A stretch of DNA of 64,000 nucleotides from Candidatus Tayloriibacteriota bacterium. Lineage in GTDB: Bacteria > Patescibacteriota > Minisyncoccia > Phycocordibacterales > PALSA-1337. The translations under genes and the position numbers were made by a program. Shown in pieces: positions 38,387 through 47,921 of the stretch. The stretch spans positions 124 to 64,123 of the forward strand of contig JACRJP010000003.1 in assembly GCA_016215455.1 (NCBI GenBank). The letters are read 5' to 3'. Positions within the stretch are counted from its first letter, which is position 1, and every line of letters begins with the position of its first letter. A model generated the notes under the pieces. The model did not search any database, had not been told where the DNA came from, and saw nothing but the letters and a program-made list of their open reading frames with translations.

Positions 38387-39700
38387 ATGAAAAATCCTGT
38401 GAGTTCTACATACTATGACGTCGCTGTTATCGGAGGAGGCCCTGCGGGTATGATGGCAGCAGGCACCGCTGCTGCACGTGGTCTTCGCGTGATACTTATA
38501 GAAAAAAATGAAACTCTCGGAAAAAAACTTCTCATCACTGGAGGAGGTCGTTGTAATGTTACTAATGCAACATTTGATATTCGAACAATTCTTACTCGCT
38601 ATGCCGAGGCAGAACCTTTTTTGTATTCAACATTTAGTCAGCACGACGTACAAGCAACGCTCGATTTCTTTAATTCTCGCAACATGCCAACTACGATTGA
38701 AAAAGAGCGACGTGTCTTCCCTTCGAGCAATCAAGCTCAATCAGTATGGGATGTTTTAGTACACTACATGCGCGAAGGAAATGTAACAGTGCTTTCGAAT
38801 TCTCCTGTGACCGACATTGTGGAACATAATGGAAACATTACAAAAGTCATAGTAAAAGCATCAGCGAAGAATGGAAATATCTCAGAGGTGAGCGCCAATT
38901 CTTTTATTCTCGCTACCGGCGGAGTATCACGTCCTGAAACAGGATCCACAGGCGATGGTTTTACATGGCTCAAGAAACTCGGACATACTATACACGCTCC
39001 GATCGCATCACTCGTACCTCTGATTACCAAAGAAGAATGGGTTCACAAACTTCATGGCATTACTCTTCCTGATGTAGCTCTTTCTCTTTTTCAGAATAAC
39101 GAGCGACAACCTTTATCAGGAGTCAGTGCGTCAAAAAATAAAAAATCTCGAGGTAAACTTCTTTTTACTCACGTTGGAGTCAGTGGTCCGACTATTCTTA
39201 ATATGAGTAGTGATGCTGCAGAACTTCTGGGTTATGAAGGTGATGTAGAACTCTCAATTGATCTTCTTCCTGATCACGACACCGGGACTCTTAACACAGC
39301 TCTTCAGGAACTTTTTAAAACACACCATACAAAGAAAATTAAAAATTCTCTTGGTGAACTTATCCCGAATGCAATTGTTGAAGCAGTTCTTGATGCAGCT
39401 CACATCAAACATGACACCATGACAAATAGTGTGACACGTGAGGAGCGCATTCAACTCGTTAATACACTCAAAGATCTCCGTACCACCATCACTGACCTCT
39501 ATGAAAAGAAGGCTGTTGTTTCATCAGGAGGTCTTGAACTCTCTGAAGTAGACTTCAAAACAATGCAGTCACGTAAGTATCCCAATCTATATATAGTAGG
39601 TGACGTACTCAATATCAATCGACCTTCAGGTGGATACAGTTTGCAGATTTGTTGGACAACGGGATTTGTTGCTGGTAATTCAGTGGGGATCTCAAAATAG
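38387..39700 (+). CDS. HI0933/YhiN-family FAD-dependent oxidoreductase (aminoacetone-oxidase-like flavoprotein)
   Basis: YDVAVIGGGPAGMMAAGTAA (GxGxxG) and the family-specific LLITGGGRCNVTN motif. Confidence 0.8.
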   Translation: MKNPVSSTYYDVAVIGGGPAGMMAAGTAAARGLRVILIEKNETLGKKLLITGGGRCNVTNATFDIRTILTRYAEAEPFLYSTFSQHDVQATLDFFNSRNMPTTIEKERRVFPSSNQAQSVWDVLVHYMREGNVTVLSNSPVTDIVEHNGNITKVIVKASAKNGNISEVSANSFILATGGVSRPETGSTGDGFTWLKKLGHTIHAPIASLVPLITKEEWVHKLHGITLPDVALSLFQNNERQPLSGVSASKNKKSRGKLLFTHVGVSGPTILNMSSDAAELLGYEGDVELSIDLLPDHDTGTLNTALQELFKTHHTKKIKNSLGELIPNAIVEAVLDAAHIKHDTMTNSVTREERIQLVNTLKDLRTTITDLYEKKAVVSSGGLELSEVDFKTMQSRKYPNLYIVGDVLNINRPSGGYSLQICWTTGFVAGNSVGISK

Positions 39701-39724
39701 CCCAACTATTGGTTTCCCAATACA

Positions 39725-39753
39725 TTGACTTATACTACATTTCGTAGTATAAT
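39725..39753 (+). promoter_or_regulatory. Sigma70-like promoter (TTGACT-N17-TATAAT) upstream of GC-rich membrane-protein gene
   Basis: Exact hexamers with 17-nt spacer. Confidence 0.45.
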
Positions 39754-39807
39754 ATGTGAGGAAATTAAAAAGACTTCTCAACCACAACCAGTTACGAAAG
39801 ACACGTC

Positions 39808-40248
39808 ATGAACCTCCCTTTGTTCCTCAAATTTGCATTAATCGGCGGCATCCTTTATGGCATCGCAAATCCGTTTATGGGCAAAGCCCAGGCGGGTGGC
39901 TTGAATGCTGCCGCTACGGTAGTAATGGCTGCGATCGGCCAGCTGATCATCGGGATTGTGTTTGGAGGATTGAAAAGCTCCATCGCACACCCAGGCGGCT
40001 CAGCCGTCGCGATTGCGGTTGGAATTGCCTGGGGCTTCGGAGCCTTATGTATCAACCAGGCCATGAATCCTGCCCTAAAACCAGTCTATAGCCTAGCAGG
40101 CTTCGGTCTTAGTCTCATCCCTTTTATCAGCGCCATCGTTGCGATGGTCATGTTCAAAGAATGGGACAAGATTGTCTGGACCAAGTTCATTGGAGGAGGT
40201 TCTCTCCTCCTAACGGGACTTTGGCTCATCAGCAACTGCAAAAAGTAG
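39808..40248 (+). CDS. Small 4-TM membrane protein (EamA/DMT-half-like), GC-rich
   Basis: 146 aa. Four hydrophobic helices. Codon usage is GC-rich compared with neighbours. Followed by an intrinsic terminator. Confidence 0.5.
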   Translation: MNLPLFLKFALIGGILYGIANPFMGKAQAGGLNAAATVVMAAIGQLIIGIVFGGLKSSIAHPGGSAVAIAVGIAWGFGALCINQAMNPALKPVYSLAGFGLSLIPFISAIVAMVMFKEWDKIVWTKFIGGGSLLLTGLWLISNCKK

Positions 40249-40266
40249 TTCGCCTACAAAGCGAAC

Positions 40267-40304
40267 CAGCGTCAGGATCTTCGGAACCTGACGCTTTTGC
40301 TTTT
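40267..40304 (+). terminator. Rho-independent terminator
   Basis: GCGTCAGG-ATCTTCGGAA-CCTGACGC followed by TTTTGCTTTT. Confidence 0.6.
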
Positions 40305-40368
40305 ATGTAACATTGACTTATACAAATAAGTATTGTAATTTATATTTGGACAACATCTTAGCTGAATT

Positions 40369-40992
40369 GTGAGCAAACTCTTAATCGTTCACGGGTACGA
40401 AGTGTATCCCGACCACACGATGTCCCCTCAAGCGACAGCGGTATGCAATAAAGTATTCGCTTTGAAGGACAACTACGACATCTTTCTCCTCATCGGAGGC
40501 TGGCACAATCCAACCCTTGGAATCAGAACAACTCTTGGTTGTGTCATGGCTGAACAACTTGTCAAAAAAGGTCTCGATCGTCACAGGATCTTTACCCACT
40601 TCAAACCTCCTGGTCACAACAAAAATATTCCACATCTTGTTCCACCTCGTGACACAATGGTGGAAGTGGATTGCCTCCCCTGGTATTTCAGGGCTCTTGG
40701 TCACCCTAATCCCAAGAAGGTAAAGTTTGACGCTGTGTGTGGAGGAATCTATTGGCCACGAACTCGATTCCTGTATGCTCTACGAGGTGCCAACCTTGGT
40801 AAACTCCATCCAGCATGGAGTTTGAGCCAAGAAGATCATCAGTATGCGCTTCAGCAAATTCCAGGTATACTCCTTACCGCAATGGATCCTCGAGGAGAAG
40901 GTAGGTTCTTTACGAAGCTTCGTCAGAAACGAACACCGGCAGGTTCGGAGAAGTGTCACTTTGCTCACGCTACTCCAATTGGCTGGACATAA
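40369..40992 (+). CDS. Hypothetical protein (possibly DUF218/YdcF-like)
   Basis: LLIVHG...FLLIGGWHNP is loosely reminiscent of DUF218. Weak. Confidence 0.3.
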   Translation: MSKLLIVHGYEVYPDHTMSPQATAVCNKVFALKDNYDIFLLIGGWHNPTLGIRTTLGCVMAEQLVKKGLDRHRIFTHFKPPGHNKNIPHLVPPRDTMVEVDCLPWYFRALGHPNPKKVKFDAVCGGIYWPRTRFLYALRGANLGKLHPAWSLSQEDHQYALQQIPGILLTAMDPRGEGRFFTKLRQKRTPAGSEKCHFAHATPIGWT

Positions 40993-41070
40993 TTTTCTGA
41001 AATTTTTTATTTTTTCTTCACATTTCAGTTGCTAATAATTTTATTTCCGTGTAATACTGTACTCACACCT

Positions 41071-43347
41071 ATGAAATTACTCATCGTCGAATCCCCCGCA
41101 AAAGCAAAAACAATTTCAAAATATCTTGAAGGTGCTTATACCGTAAAAGCGAGTGTTGGTCATGTTCGTGATCTTCCAAAAAGTAACAAAAAAGCAATCG
41201 ATATTGAGGCCGGCTTCGTTCCTCACTATGAAGTTTCTCCTGGTAAAGATGCAGTACTCAATGAGATCATGCAGCTTGCTGATAAGGCAGATGAAGTCCT
41301 TCTTGCAACCGACCCCGACCGTGAAGGTGAAGCTATTGCATGGCACATTGCTCAAGCGGCAAAGCTCAAGAAACCACAACGTGTTGTCTTCTATGAAATT
41401 ACCAAAGATGCTGTTCGAGAAGCGATTCTTCATCCTCGTGCTATTGATCAAAATCTCCGCAAAGCTCAAGAAGCTCGGCGTGTGCTTGATCGACTCGTAG
41501 GCTACGATCTTTCGGGTCTCATTTGGAAAAAAGTTCGCTACGGACTTTCAGCAGGTCGCGTACAGTCTCCTGCCCTTCGCATCATCATGGAACGAGAGCG
41601 AGAAATCCGTGCCTTCATTTCTCATAAGTTTTGGGTGATATCAGCAGATGTCGAGACAAAGAAAAAAGAAAAAATCACTGTCACATGTGTCGAAGAGCCA
41701 CTCGATTTTAAAAAAGTTGAAGACATCATTGCTATTGGAAAAAAGCAACCATGGAATGTTGTATCTGTTGACGAAACGGAAGCATCACGATCTCCAAAAG
41801 CTCCTTTCATCACTTCAACTCTCCAACAAACAGCAAGTACACGTTTGGGATACGCCCCATCACGAACAATGTCAGTCGCTCAACGATTATATGAAGCGGG
41901 TCTCATCACCTATATGCGTACGGACAGTACCAACTTGAGTCAGGTTGCTCTTGGTCAAATTGCAGGACTTGTAGAACGTGAATATGGTAAGCAGTATCAT
42001 CAATTCCGCACATTTGCAGCAAAAAGTAAAAATGCTCAAGAAGCCCACGAAGCAGTACGTCCAACTGACGTAAGTGTCATGAGTGCAGGAGCAAACGATG
42101 AACAAAAAAAGCTCTACGAACTCATTTGGCAACGAACTGTTGCCTCACAGATGTCAGATGCGAAGATTCTCCGTACAAAAGTAACAGCAAATATTAAAGC
42201 TGGCAGTATAACGATTCCTGACTTTACAGCAAATGGCAGTCGAGTACTCTTTGATGGTTGGCTCAAAGCTGATCCTGATGCTCGAGGTGAAGATGTTGAA
42301 CTTCCCAAGGTTGAAGCTGGTTCACCACTCGATCTCATCAACATCACATCACTCGAGAAAGAAACTCAACCACCATCACGTTACACCGAAGCCGGTCTCA
42401 TTAAAGAACTTGAAAAGCGAGGTATCGGTCGTCCTTCAACCTATGCTTCTATTATTCGAACCATCGAAACACGTGGATATGTCGAAAAAGAAAATCGAAC
42501 TCTCAAACCAACTGACACTGGAGATGTTGTATCAAGTTTCCTTGAAGCAAACTTTGCTGACTATATCAGTGATACCTTCACAGCAGAAATGGAAGATAAG
42601 CTCGACTCTATAGCCGAAGGAAAACTCGAATATGAAAAAACTCTCAAAGATTTCTATGGTCCTTTTACCAAAGATGTAAAATCAAAAGATAAACTCGCTA
42701 AAGCGACTGACCTCGGTGCCGCTGACACAAAATATATATGTCCAAAATGTGGTACTGGAGACATGACCATAAAGCTTGGTCGTGGAGGTAAATTCATTTC
42801 ATGTAATCGCTATCCTGATTGCGATGGAGCTCTAACTATTGATGGGAAAGAAATAAAGAAAGATGAACCAATTGGTAACGATCCTGCAACTGGTCTCCCT
42901 ATTTTCGTAAACGTCGGACGATTTGGTCCATATGTTCAACTTGGAGAGAAAACTAAAGAAAACAAAAAACCACGTATGGCGAGTATTCCAAAAACAGCTG
43001 ATATTGAAAATGTCAGTGTGGCAGATGCTGTAAAGTATCTCAGTCTCCCTCGTGAACTTGGAGTACATCCAGAAACACAACAAAAAATTACGGCAAGTGT
43101 TGGACGATTTGGTCCCTACATTGTTCATGAAAAAGATTTTCGATCACTCAAAACCGATGATGTGTATACCATCGGACTTGATCGAGCACTCGAAATCCTT
43201 AAACAACCAAAAGCTATACGACGAGGTCGTTTTGCAAAAAAGACAACTGAAACTACAACGTCTCCAGAAGTAGCAAAAGAAACTCAAACTAAAGTAAAGA
43301 AACCTCGAACAAAGAAAGCGACTAAAGCGATACAGGAAGAGTTTTAA
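41071..43347 (+). CDS. topA: DNA topoisomerase I
   Basis: Start MKLLIVESPAKAKTISKYL (TOPRIM). Catalytic Tyr region. C-terminal zinc ribbon CPKCGTGDMTIKLGRGGKFISCNRYPDCDG and Lys-rich tail. Confidence 0.9.
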   Translation: MKLLIVESPAKAKTISKYLEGAYTVKASVGHVRDLPKSNKKAIDIEAGFVPHYEVSPGKDAVLNEIMQLADKADEVLLATDPDREGEAIAWHIAQAAKLKKPQRVVFYEITKDAVREAILHPRAIDQNLRKAQEARRVLDRLVGYDLSGLIWKKVRYGLSAGRVQSPALRIIMEREREIRAFISHKFWVISADVETKKKEKITVTCVEEPLDFKKVEDIIAIGKKQPWNVVSVDETEASRSPKAPFITSTLQQTASTRLGYAPSRTMSVAQRLYEAGLITYMRTDSTNLSQVALGQIAGLVEREYGKQYHQFRTFAAKSKNAQEAHEAVRPTDVSVMSAGANDEQKKLYELIWQRTVASQMSDAKILRTKVTANIKAGSITIPDFTANGSRVLFDGWLKADPDARGEDVELPKVEAGSPLDLINITSLEKETQPPSRYTEAGLIKELEKRGIGRPSTYASIIRTIETRGYVEKENRTLKPTDTGDVVSSFLEANFADYISDTFTAEMEDKLDSIAEGKLEYEKTLKDFYGPFTKDVKSKDKLAKATDLGAADTKYICPKCGTGDMTIKLGRGGKFISCNRYPDCDGALTIDGKEIKKDEPIGNDPATGLPIFVNVGRFGPYVQLGEKTKENKKPRMASIPKTADIENVSVADAVKYLSLPRELGVHPETQQKITASVGRFGPYIVHEKDFRSLKTDDVYTIGLDRALEILKQPKAIRRGRFAKKTTETTTSPEVAKETQTKVKKPRTKKATKAIQEEF

Positions 43348-43364
43348 ATAAAAAGCAAACAAGA

Positions 43365-43649
43365 TCAATTGAGCAAGGCTCGGCGACGAGCACGTCGCGT
43401 CAGATGCGTCGCTACCTCAAACCGTTGATCGCCCGACCGGACAGGATCGGCACTGAGCCCTTCAAGCACAAAGCTGTTTCTCGGGGTAAATGGCAGATGA
43501 TCGATGATCACATCCAACCGCAACCAATCAGGATAGTCATCAGAAGGTGCGTGAGCGGCACGTTCAGCGAGAACCGCAGAATCGGCTAACGTCTTCATAG
43601 AATGAAATGAACGTATAAGATTGTGGTCTAAGAGCAGCATACCATGCAT
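43365..43649 (-). other. GC-rich 285-nt segment between convergent topA and parB: either a small foreign ORF (94 aa, no recognisable domain) or an ncRNA
   Basis: About 55% GC. The ORF exactly fills the segment. No similarity recognised. Contains GCAGAAUCGGCUAAC on the plus strand, faintly resembling the RNase P P4 3'-strand, but other RNase P motifs were not found. Confidence 0.2.
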
Positions 43650-43694
43650 CTGATATTCGTCAATACACCCTTCTCACAAGGTGTACGGGGAATC

Positions 43695-44729
43695 CTAAAT
43701 ACCAAAATTCTTAACCGAATAGAGATCTTCGGTGTTTTCATCTTGAACTTTTTCTTCTTTTGGACGATCATCGACAGGAGTCTCAGTTTCAGATCCTTCT
43801 ACAGGGGCAATATCAAGTGGAGTAGCTTGCGAGATCGTCGAACTCGCCGATTGGGCGATATGAGAATTAAGCATTGCATTTGGATCTCGTTGAGTATTTG
43901 AATTCATGAGACCAAGAATAAAGCGGAGATCATCAGCTGAGAAAAAGTCGATCAAGATTTTACCTCCCTCATCCTTTTGTTCGATTTTTACACGAGTACC
44001 AAGAGATTCCTTAAACTTTTCTTCAAGCTCTACGATAGCAGGATCATATGCTCGTTCCTTTTTTCGAACACGATCATATGCAATACGACGTGCAATAGCT
44101 TCAGCCTCACGTACCGTGAGTTTTTTAAATATAATTTCCTTAAACAAAGTTGTTTGTTCTTCAGGATGGTCTGCAAGCATGAGTAATGGTCGAGTATGCC
44201 CTTCAGAAATCTTACCCTCACCTAAAGCTGTCAGAATTTCATCCGGCAACAACAAAATACGCATTGTATTTGAAACATACTCACGACTCTTCCCTACTTT
44301 TTCTGCAATTTGAATATGCTTAAGACCGAATTCTTTTGCCAAACGATCAAATGATCGAGCTCGATCAACAGCATTAAGATCTTCACGTTGAAGGTTTTCG
44401 ATGATAGCAAGTTCAAGTTTCACACGAGCATCATCTTCACCAATACTTGTACGAATGAGAGCTGGTACCTGAGAGAGTCCAGCAATCTTTGAAGCACGAA
44501 GACGTCGTTCACCTGAAATGAGTTCGTACTCAACAGAAAGTCCACCATCTTCTTTATATACTTCATTACGTGTTACGACAAGCGGCTGAAGAATTCCATA
44601 CATACGAATCGACTCAGCGAGATCTTTGAGTCGCGCATCATCAAACTCTCGACGAGGTTGATATGGGTTTGGCTTAATCTTTCCAATATCAATCCAAAAA
44701 ATTGAATCTCCGTACAGTTGAGGGGGCAT
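43695..44729 (-). CDS. parB: Chromosome-partitioning protein ParB (Spo0J) with acidic C-terminal tail; no adjacent parA
   Basis: ISGERRLRASKIAGLSQVPALIR (ParB box), N-terminal KPNPYQPRREFDD. Confidence 0.85.
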   Translation of the reverse strand: MPPQLYGDSIFWIDIGKIKPNPYQPRREFDDARLKDLAESIRMYGILQPLVVTRNEVYKEDGGLSVEYELISGERRLRASKIAGLSQVPALIRTSIGEDDARVKLELAIIENLQREDLNAVDRARSFDRLAKEFGLKHIQIAEKVGKSREYVSNTMRILLLPDEILTALGEGKISEGHTRPLLMLADHPEEQTTLFKEIIFKKLTVREAEAIARRIAYDRVRKKERAYDPAIVELEEKFKESLGTRVKIEQKDEGGKILIDFFSADDLRFILGLMNSNTQRDPNAMLNSHIAQSASSTISQATPLDIAPVEGSETETPVDDRPKEEKVQDENTEDLYSVKNFGI

Positions 44730-44835
44730 GTAAATAGTTAATTACAAGAACAATTTTATCATATTCCCCGCACGGTTGAAATGGGTATAAAATTGATTTT
44801 TGATGCTTTTTGGCGTACCATGAACTCGTTCACTC

Positions 44836-44916
44836 GCCGGAGTGGCGGAATGGCATACGCACACGACTCAAAATCGTGCGCCGCAAGGCTTGTGGGTTCA
44901 AGTCCCACCTCCGGCA
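44836..44916 (+). tRNA. tRNA-Leu (anticodon CAA), type II with long variable arm
   Basis: Acceptor GCCGGAG/CTCCGGC, anticodon stem CACGA/TCGTG, loop CTCAAAA, T-loop TTCAAGT. Confidence 0.8.
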
Positions 44917-44933
44917 CAAACATACGTACTGAA

Positions 44934-45824
44934 ATGACTACAAAGATCATCGTCATCTTAGGTCCTACTGCTTCTGGTAAAAGCAATCTTGCTGTTGATA
45001 TTGCCTTACAACATAATGGTGAAGTTATTTCTGCTGACTCACGACAGATATACAAAGGACTCGATATTGGTACTGGGAAGATTACACATGAAGAAATGAA
45101 AGGAATCACCCATCACCTTCTTGATATTCGTAATCCAAATGAAACATATTCTGTTGCTGAATGGGTACACGATGCAACTGAAGCAATTAACAGCATCGCG
45201 AGTCGAGGAAAAATACCCATCATCTGTGGTGGTACAGGATTCTATATATCAGCACTCGTCGATGGTATTTCCCTTCCTGATGTTCCTCGTAATGAAGAGT
45301 TACGAAAAGAATTAGAAAAACTATCTCCAGAAGTTTTATTTCAAAAACTTACAGCCCTTGATCCACAACGTGCAGCCATCATTGATCCTCAGAACAAACG
45401 ACGACTCGAACGTGCGATTGAAATAGCGACAGAGATAGGAAAAGTACCTGAAATTTCAGCTCGACCGAATCCTGAATTTGAATTCTTGCAAATTGGTATC
45501 ACAACACCTGACACTGAACTTCGCCAAAGAATCAACACTAGACTTGTTACACGTATTCAACAAGGTCTCATTGATGAAGCTCGTGAGCTCCATACAAATG
45601 GTTTGAGTTTTGAACGAATGCGTGCTCTCGGACTTGAATATCGCTACCTTGCCGATTTACTCGAAGGAATTCTAACTGAATCACAATTTCAAGAAATTCT
45701 TGCAACAAAGATTTGGCAATATGCCCGTCGACAAAAAGCGTGGTTTAAAAGAGATTCAAGAATTCAGTGGATACGTAAAAGCGACACCAAAGATATCGAC
45801 ATGATGATTAAAAAGTTTCTATAG
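44934..45824 (+). CDS. miaA: tRNA dimethylallyltransferase
   Basis: Start MTTKIIVILGPTASGKSNLAVDIA (P-loop). DSRQIYKGLDIGT. Confidence 0.85.
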   Translation: MTTKIIVILGPTASGKSNLAVDIALQHNGEVISADSRQIYKGLDIGTGKITHEEMKGITHHLLDIRNPNETYSVAEWVHDATEAINSIASRGKIPIICGGTGFYISALVDGISLPDVPRNEELRKELEKLSPEVLFQKLTALDPQRAAIIDPQNKRRLERAIEIATEIGKVPEISARPNPEFEFLQIGITTPDTELRQRINTRLVTRIQQGLIDEARELHTNGLSFERMRALGLEYRYLADLLEGILTESQFQEILATKIWQYARRQKAWFKRDSRIQWIRKSDTKDIDMMIKKFL

Positions 45825-46466
45825 TACTTCTCTGAATGGCTTTCTTGCTAAAATTCCAGTTTTTATATTAAACATAGGACTTCCATCGGATCTTGTCGCT
45901 GTAGCCATGCTCTTGTTTTCTACAAAACTTATTATTTCCCAATCTGAATACAATTCTCTCATCTCCCCTAATTCTGGATAGAATCTTCCCTTTGCGTCCG
46001 GTAATTTTGAAAAATCACCTTCAGATGTAAAAGTCTCTATAGCATTAACTCCACCTTCTTTTGTGTGTTCTTTAATCTTCAAAATAAATTCTTCCGCTTC
46101 TACTCTCGTTAGATGATGAAGCATTAATATTGATACCACTGAATCATATTCTCCTTCTAGGTTTTCTCTTGCGTCACCGATCCTTGCTTCAAAATTTTGT
46201 AATGATCGTTCTTTTGCAATTCTATTCATAGAATTTACCCCTACTTCTGATAGTTCTATAGCTGTCACCGAAAAACCTTGCTCTGCTAGGACGAGAGAGT
46301 TTCTCCCTTGTCCTGCGCCAAATTCAATCACCTTTCCACCTTCGGGAATAAACTTACCGACTTCTAAAATCAAAGGACTCACTTTACCCGAGTTAAATGC
46401 AGCCTCTCTTTCGGAATATATTTTATCGTACTGTGCTGCCACAGGATTTTCAGGATTTTTTTCCAT
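45819..46466 (-). CDS. Class I SAM-dependent methyltransferase
   Basis: Motif I VIEFGAGQGRNSL, motif II/post-I acidic residues. Confidence 0.7.
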   Translation of the reverse strand: MEKNPENPVAAQYDKIYSEREAAFNSGKVSPLILEVGKFIPEGGKVIEFGAGQGRNSLVLAEQGFSVTAIELSEVGVNSMNRIAKERSLQNFEARIGDARENLEGEYDSVVSILMLHHLTRVEAEEFILKIKEHTKEGGVNAIETFTSEGDFSKLPDAKGRFYPELGEMRELYSDWEIISFVENKSMATATRSDGSPMFNIKTGILARKPFREVL

Positions 46467-46486
46467 GTCTTCGTTGTATTAATTTG

Positions 46487-46557
46487 CGGGGGATGAAGGA
46501 ATCGAACCCTCACTTACGCGTTTGGAGTGCGTAGTTCTACCATTAAACTAATCCCCC
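46487..46557 (-). tRNA. tRNA-Trp (anticodon CCA)
   Basis: Acceptor GGGGGAT/ATCCCCC, anticodon loop CTCCAAA, T-loop TTCGATT. Confidence 0.8.
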
Positions 46558-46624
46558 TTTCATTGAACGTGCAAACTATAGCACATTGACTTGGTTTTGA
46601 TAAGAAATAAAAATCCTCCTGCCG

Positions 46625-47596
46625 TTACTTACCGGGAGGCGGCGTGGCGTAATTCAATTGAATCCACCGATAGAAATTGGCTCGCTCAGTATCGCTTTGA
46701 CCGTGTGCCGAACACCATTCCGTCGCAAGGTCCGTAAGAATACTGAGGAACAAGGTGTCGCGATCTATACGACTAAGGCGACGCCCTAAATGCGTATCCA
46801 CAGTTTGAATGTCAGCTGGTTGAATCTGTTGCAACAATCGTTCAATCGAAGAAGCTGGGTATTTCTTGACCATCTTCCTAATCAAATCATAGTAGCCTGG
46901 ATGAGCAAACTCTATGACCGACGAGGTTACTCGATGCATATCCATTTCCTCAAGCCACCGATTAGGTGAATCGGGACCAGGGACAGCAATTCCATTTTCA
47001 CGATTATGTCGCAAGGCATGCCCGAGCTCATGGAAAAGAGTCCCTGCAAAAATTACTTCATCAAAATTGCGAGCAGGACATACCACAGCACTAAGATCGG
47101 TACGCCACATTGGCGTATCAATCCGTGCTACCACACCAAGATCTGCTTTGGTAAAAAAGAAGAAACGAACAAGTCCATTACTCCTTACCATATCAACATT
47201 CTCGTGAGGAGCAATGAGATCAGATCCTTGATTACCCTGTGCGACTCCAACACGAAAATCTTTGAAACGCTCGTATATCTTTTCCGTCTCAGGAGTAGCT
47301 TTGGCATACTTCGCCAAGAGTTGCTGAATTTCAACTTTCTTCGAGGTGTAGAGATCGAACGAAGCTTTGTTGGCAGGTGGCATATTTTCAAGCCACCACG
47401 TTCCATACTGCCCCATATCGACATATCCACGATAGAGCATTTCCACGTGTGCAGCCGTTTTTTGCGTTGCACGATACTGATACATTCGCCATACAGGCCG
47501 AAAGAACAGTGATCCAATAATCAAAGTCATCAATCCACCCCACACCCACCAAGACATATACCAAGGTGTCGGGTACTGAGCTGCTTTCTTTCTCAT
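46625..47596 (-). CDS. Membrane-anchored HExxH zinc metallopeptidase-like protein
   Basis: N-terminal TM (WWVWGGLMTLIIGSLFF). GTLFHELGHAL zincin motif. Confidence 0.5.
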   Translation of the reverse strand: MRKKAAQYPTPWYMSWWVWGGLMTLIIGSLFFRPVWRMYQYRATQKTAAHVEMLYRGYVDMGQYGTWWLENMPPANKASFDLYTSKKVEIQQLLAKYAKATPETEKIYERFKDFRVGVAQGNQGSDLIAPHENVDMVRSNGLVRFFFFTKADLGVVARIDTPMWRTDLSAVVCPARNFDEVIFAGTLFHELGHALRHNRENGIAVPGPDSPNRWLEEMDMHRVTSSVIEFAHPGYYDLIRKMVKKYPASSIERLLQQIQPADIQTVDTHLGRRLSRIDRDTLFLSILTDLATEWCSAHGQSDTERANFYRWIQLNYATPPPGK

Positions 47597-47678
47597 ACGA
47601 CATTCATCAAAACTGTAAAGGAGATCCTGTGTGAATATACAATATAAATTACATAAGTCAAATATGTATCAGGTAAAG

Positions 47679-47708
47679 AAAAACCACTCCGTGAGTGGTT
47701 TTTCCGTT
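47679..47708 (-). terminator. Rho-independent terminator downstream of rpmG
   Basis: AAAAACCACTC-CGTG-AGTGGTTTTT palindrome with flanking T/A tracts (bidirectional). Confidence 0.6.
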
Positions 47709-47709
47709 A

Positions 47710-47865
47710 TTATTTCTTCGCTTCCTTAAAGGTAACGTGCTTTCGAAGAGTTTTACTGAACTTTTTGAGCTCGATTTTGCGCTCAACTTTGCGCTTGTTC
47801 TTGCTTGTCCAATAAACTTCTCCTGTTTCCTTGTTTTTGAGTTGTATAAGTCGATCCTGTGACAT
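47710..47865 (-). CDS. rpmG: 50S ribosomal protein L33
   Basis: Manually translated 51 aa: MSQDRLIQLKNKETGEVYWTSKNKRKVERKIELKKFSKTLRKHVTFKEAKK, matching the bL33 consensus (...KLELKKFDP..RKHV.YKE.K). Below the ORF-track cutoff. Confidence 0.8.
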   Translation of the reverse strand: MSQDRLIQLKNKETGEVYWTSKNKRKVERKIELKKFSKTLRKHVTFKEAKK

Positions 47866-47921
47866 GCGAGCTATATTACCCTAAGAGCGTTCATAAATCA
47901 AGAGTATGCTAGAATAATCCC

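Noticed and set aside
44759-45109. 116-aa minus-strand ORF
   Set aside because: Overlaps tRNA-Leu(CAA) and the 5' end of miaA on the opposite strand; spurious.
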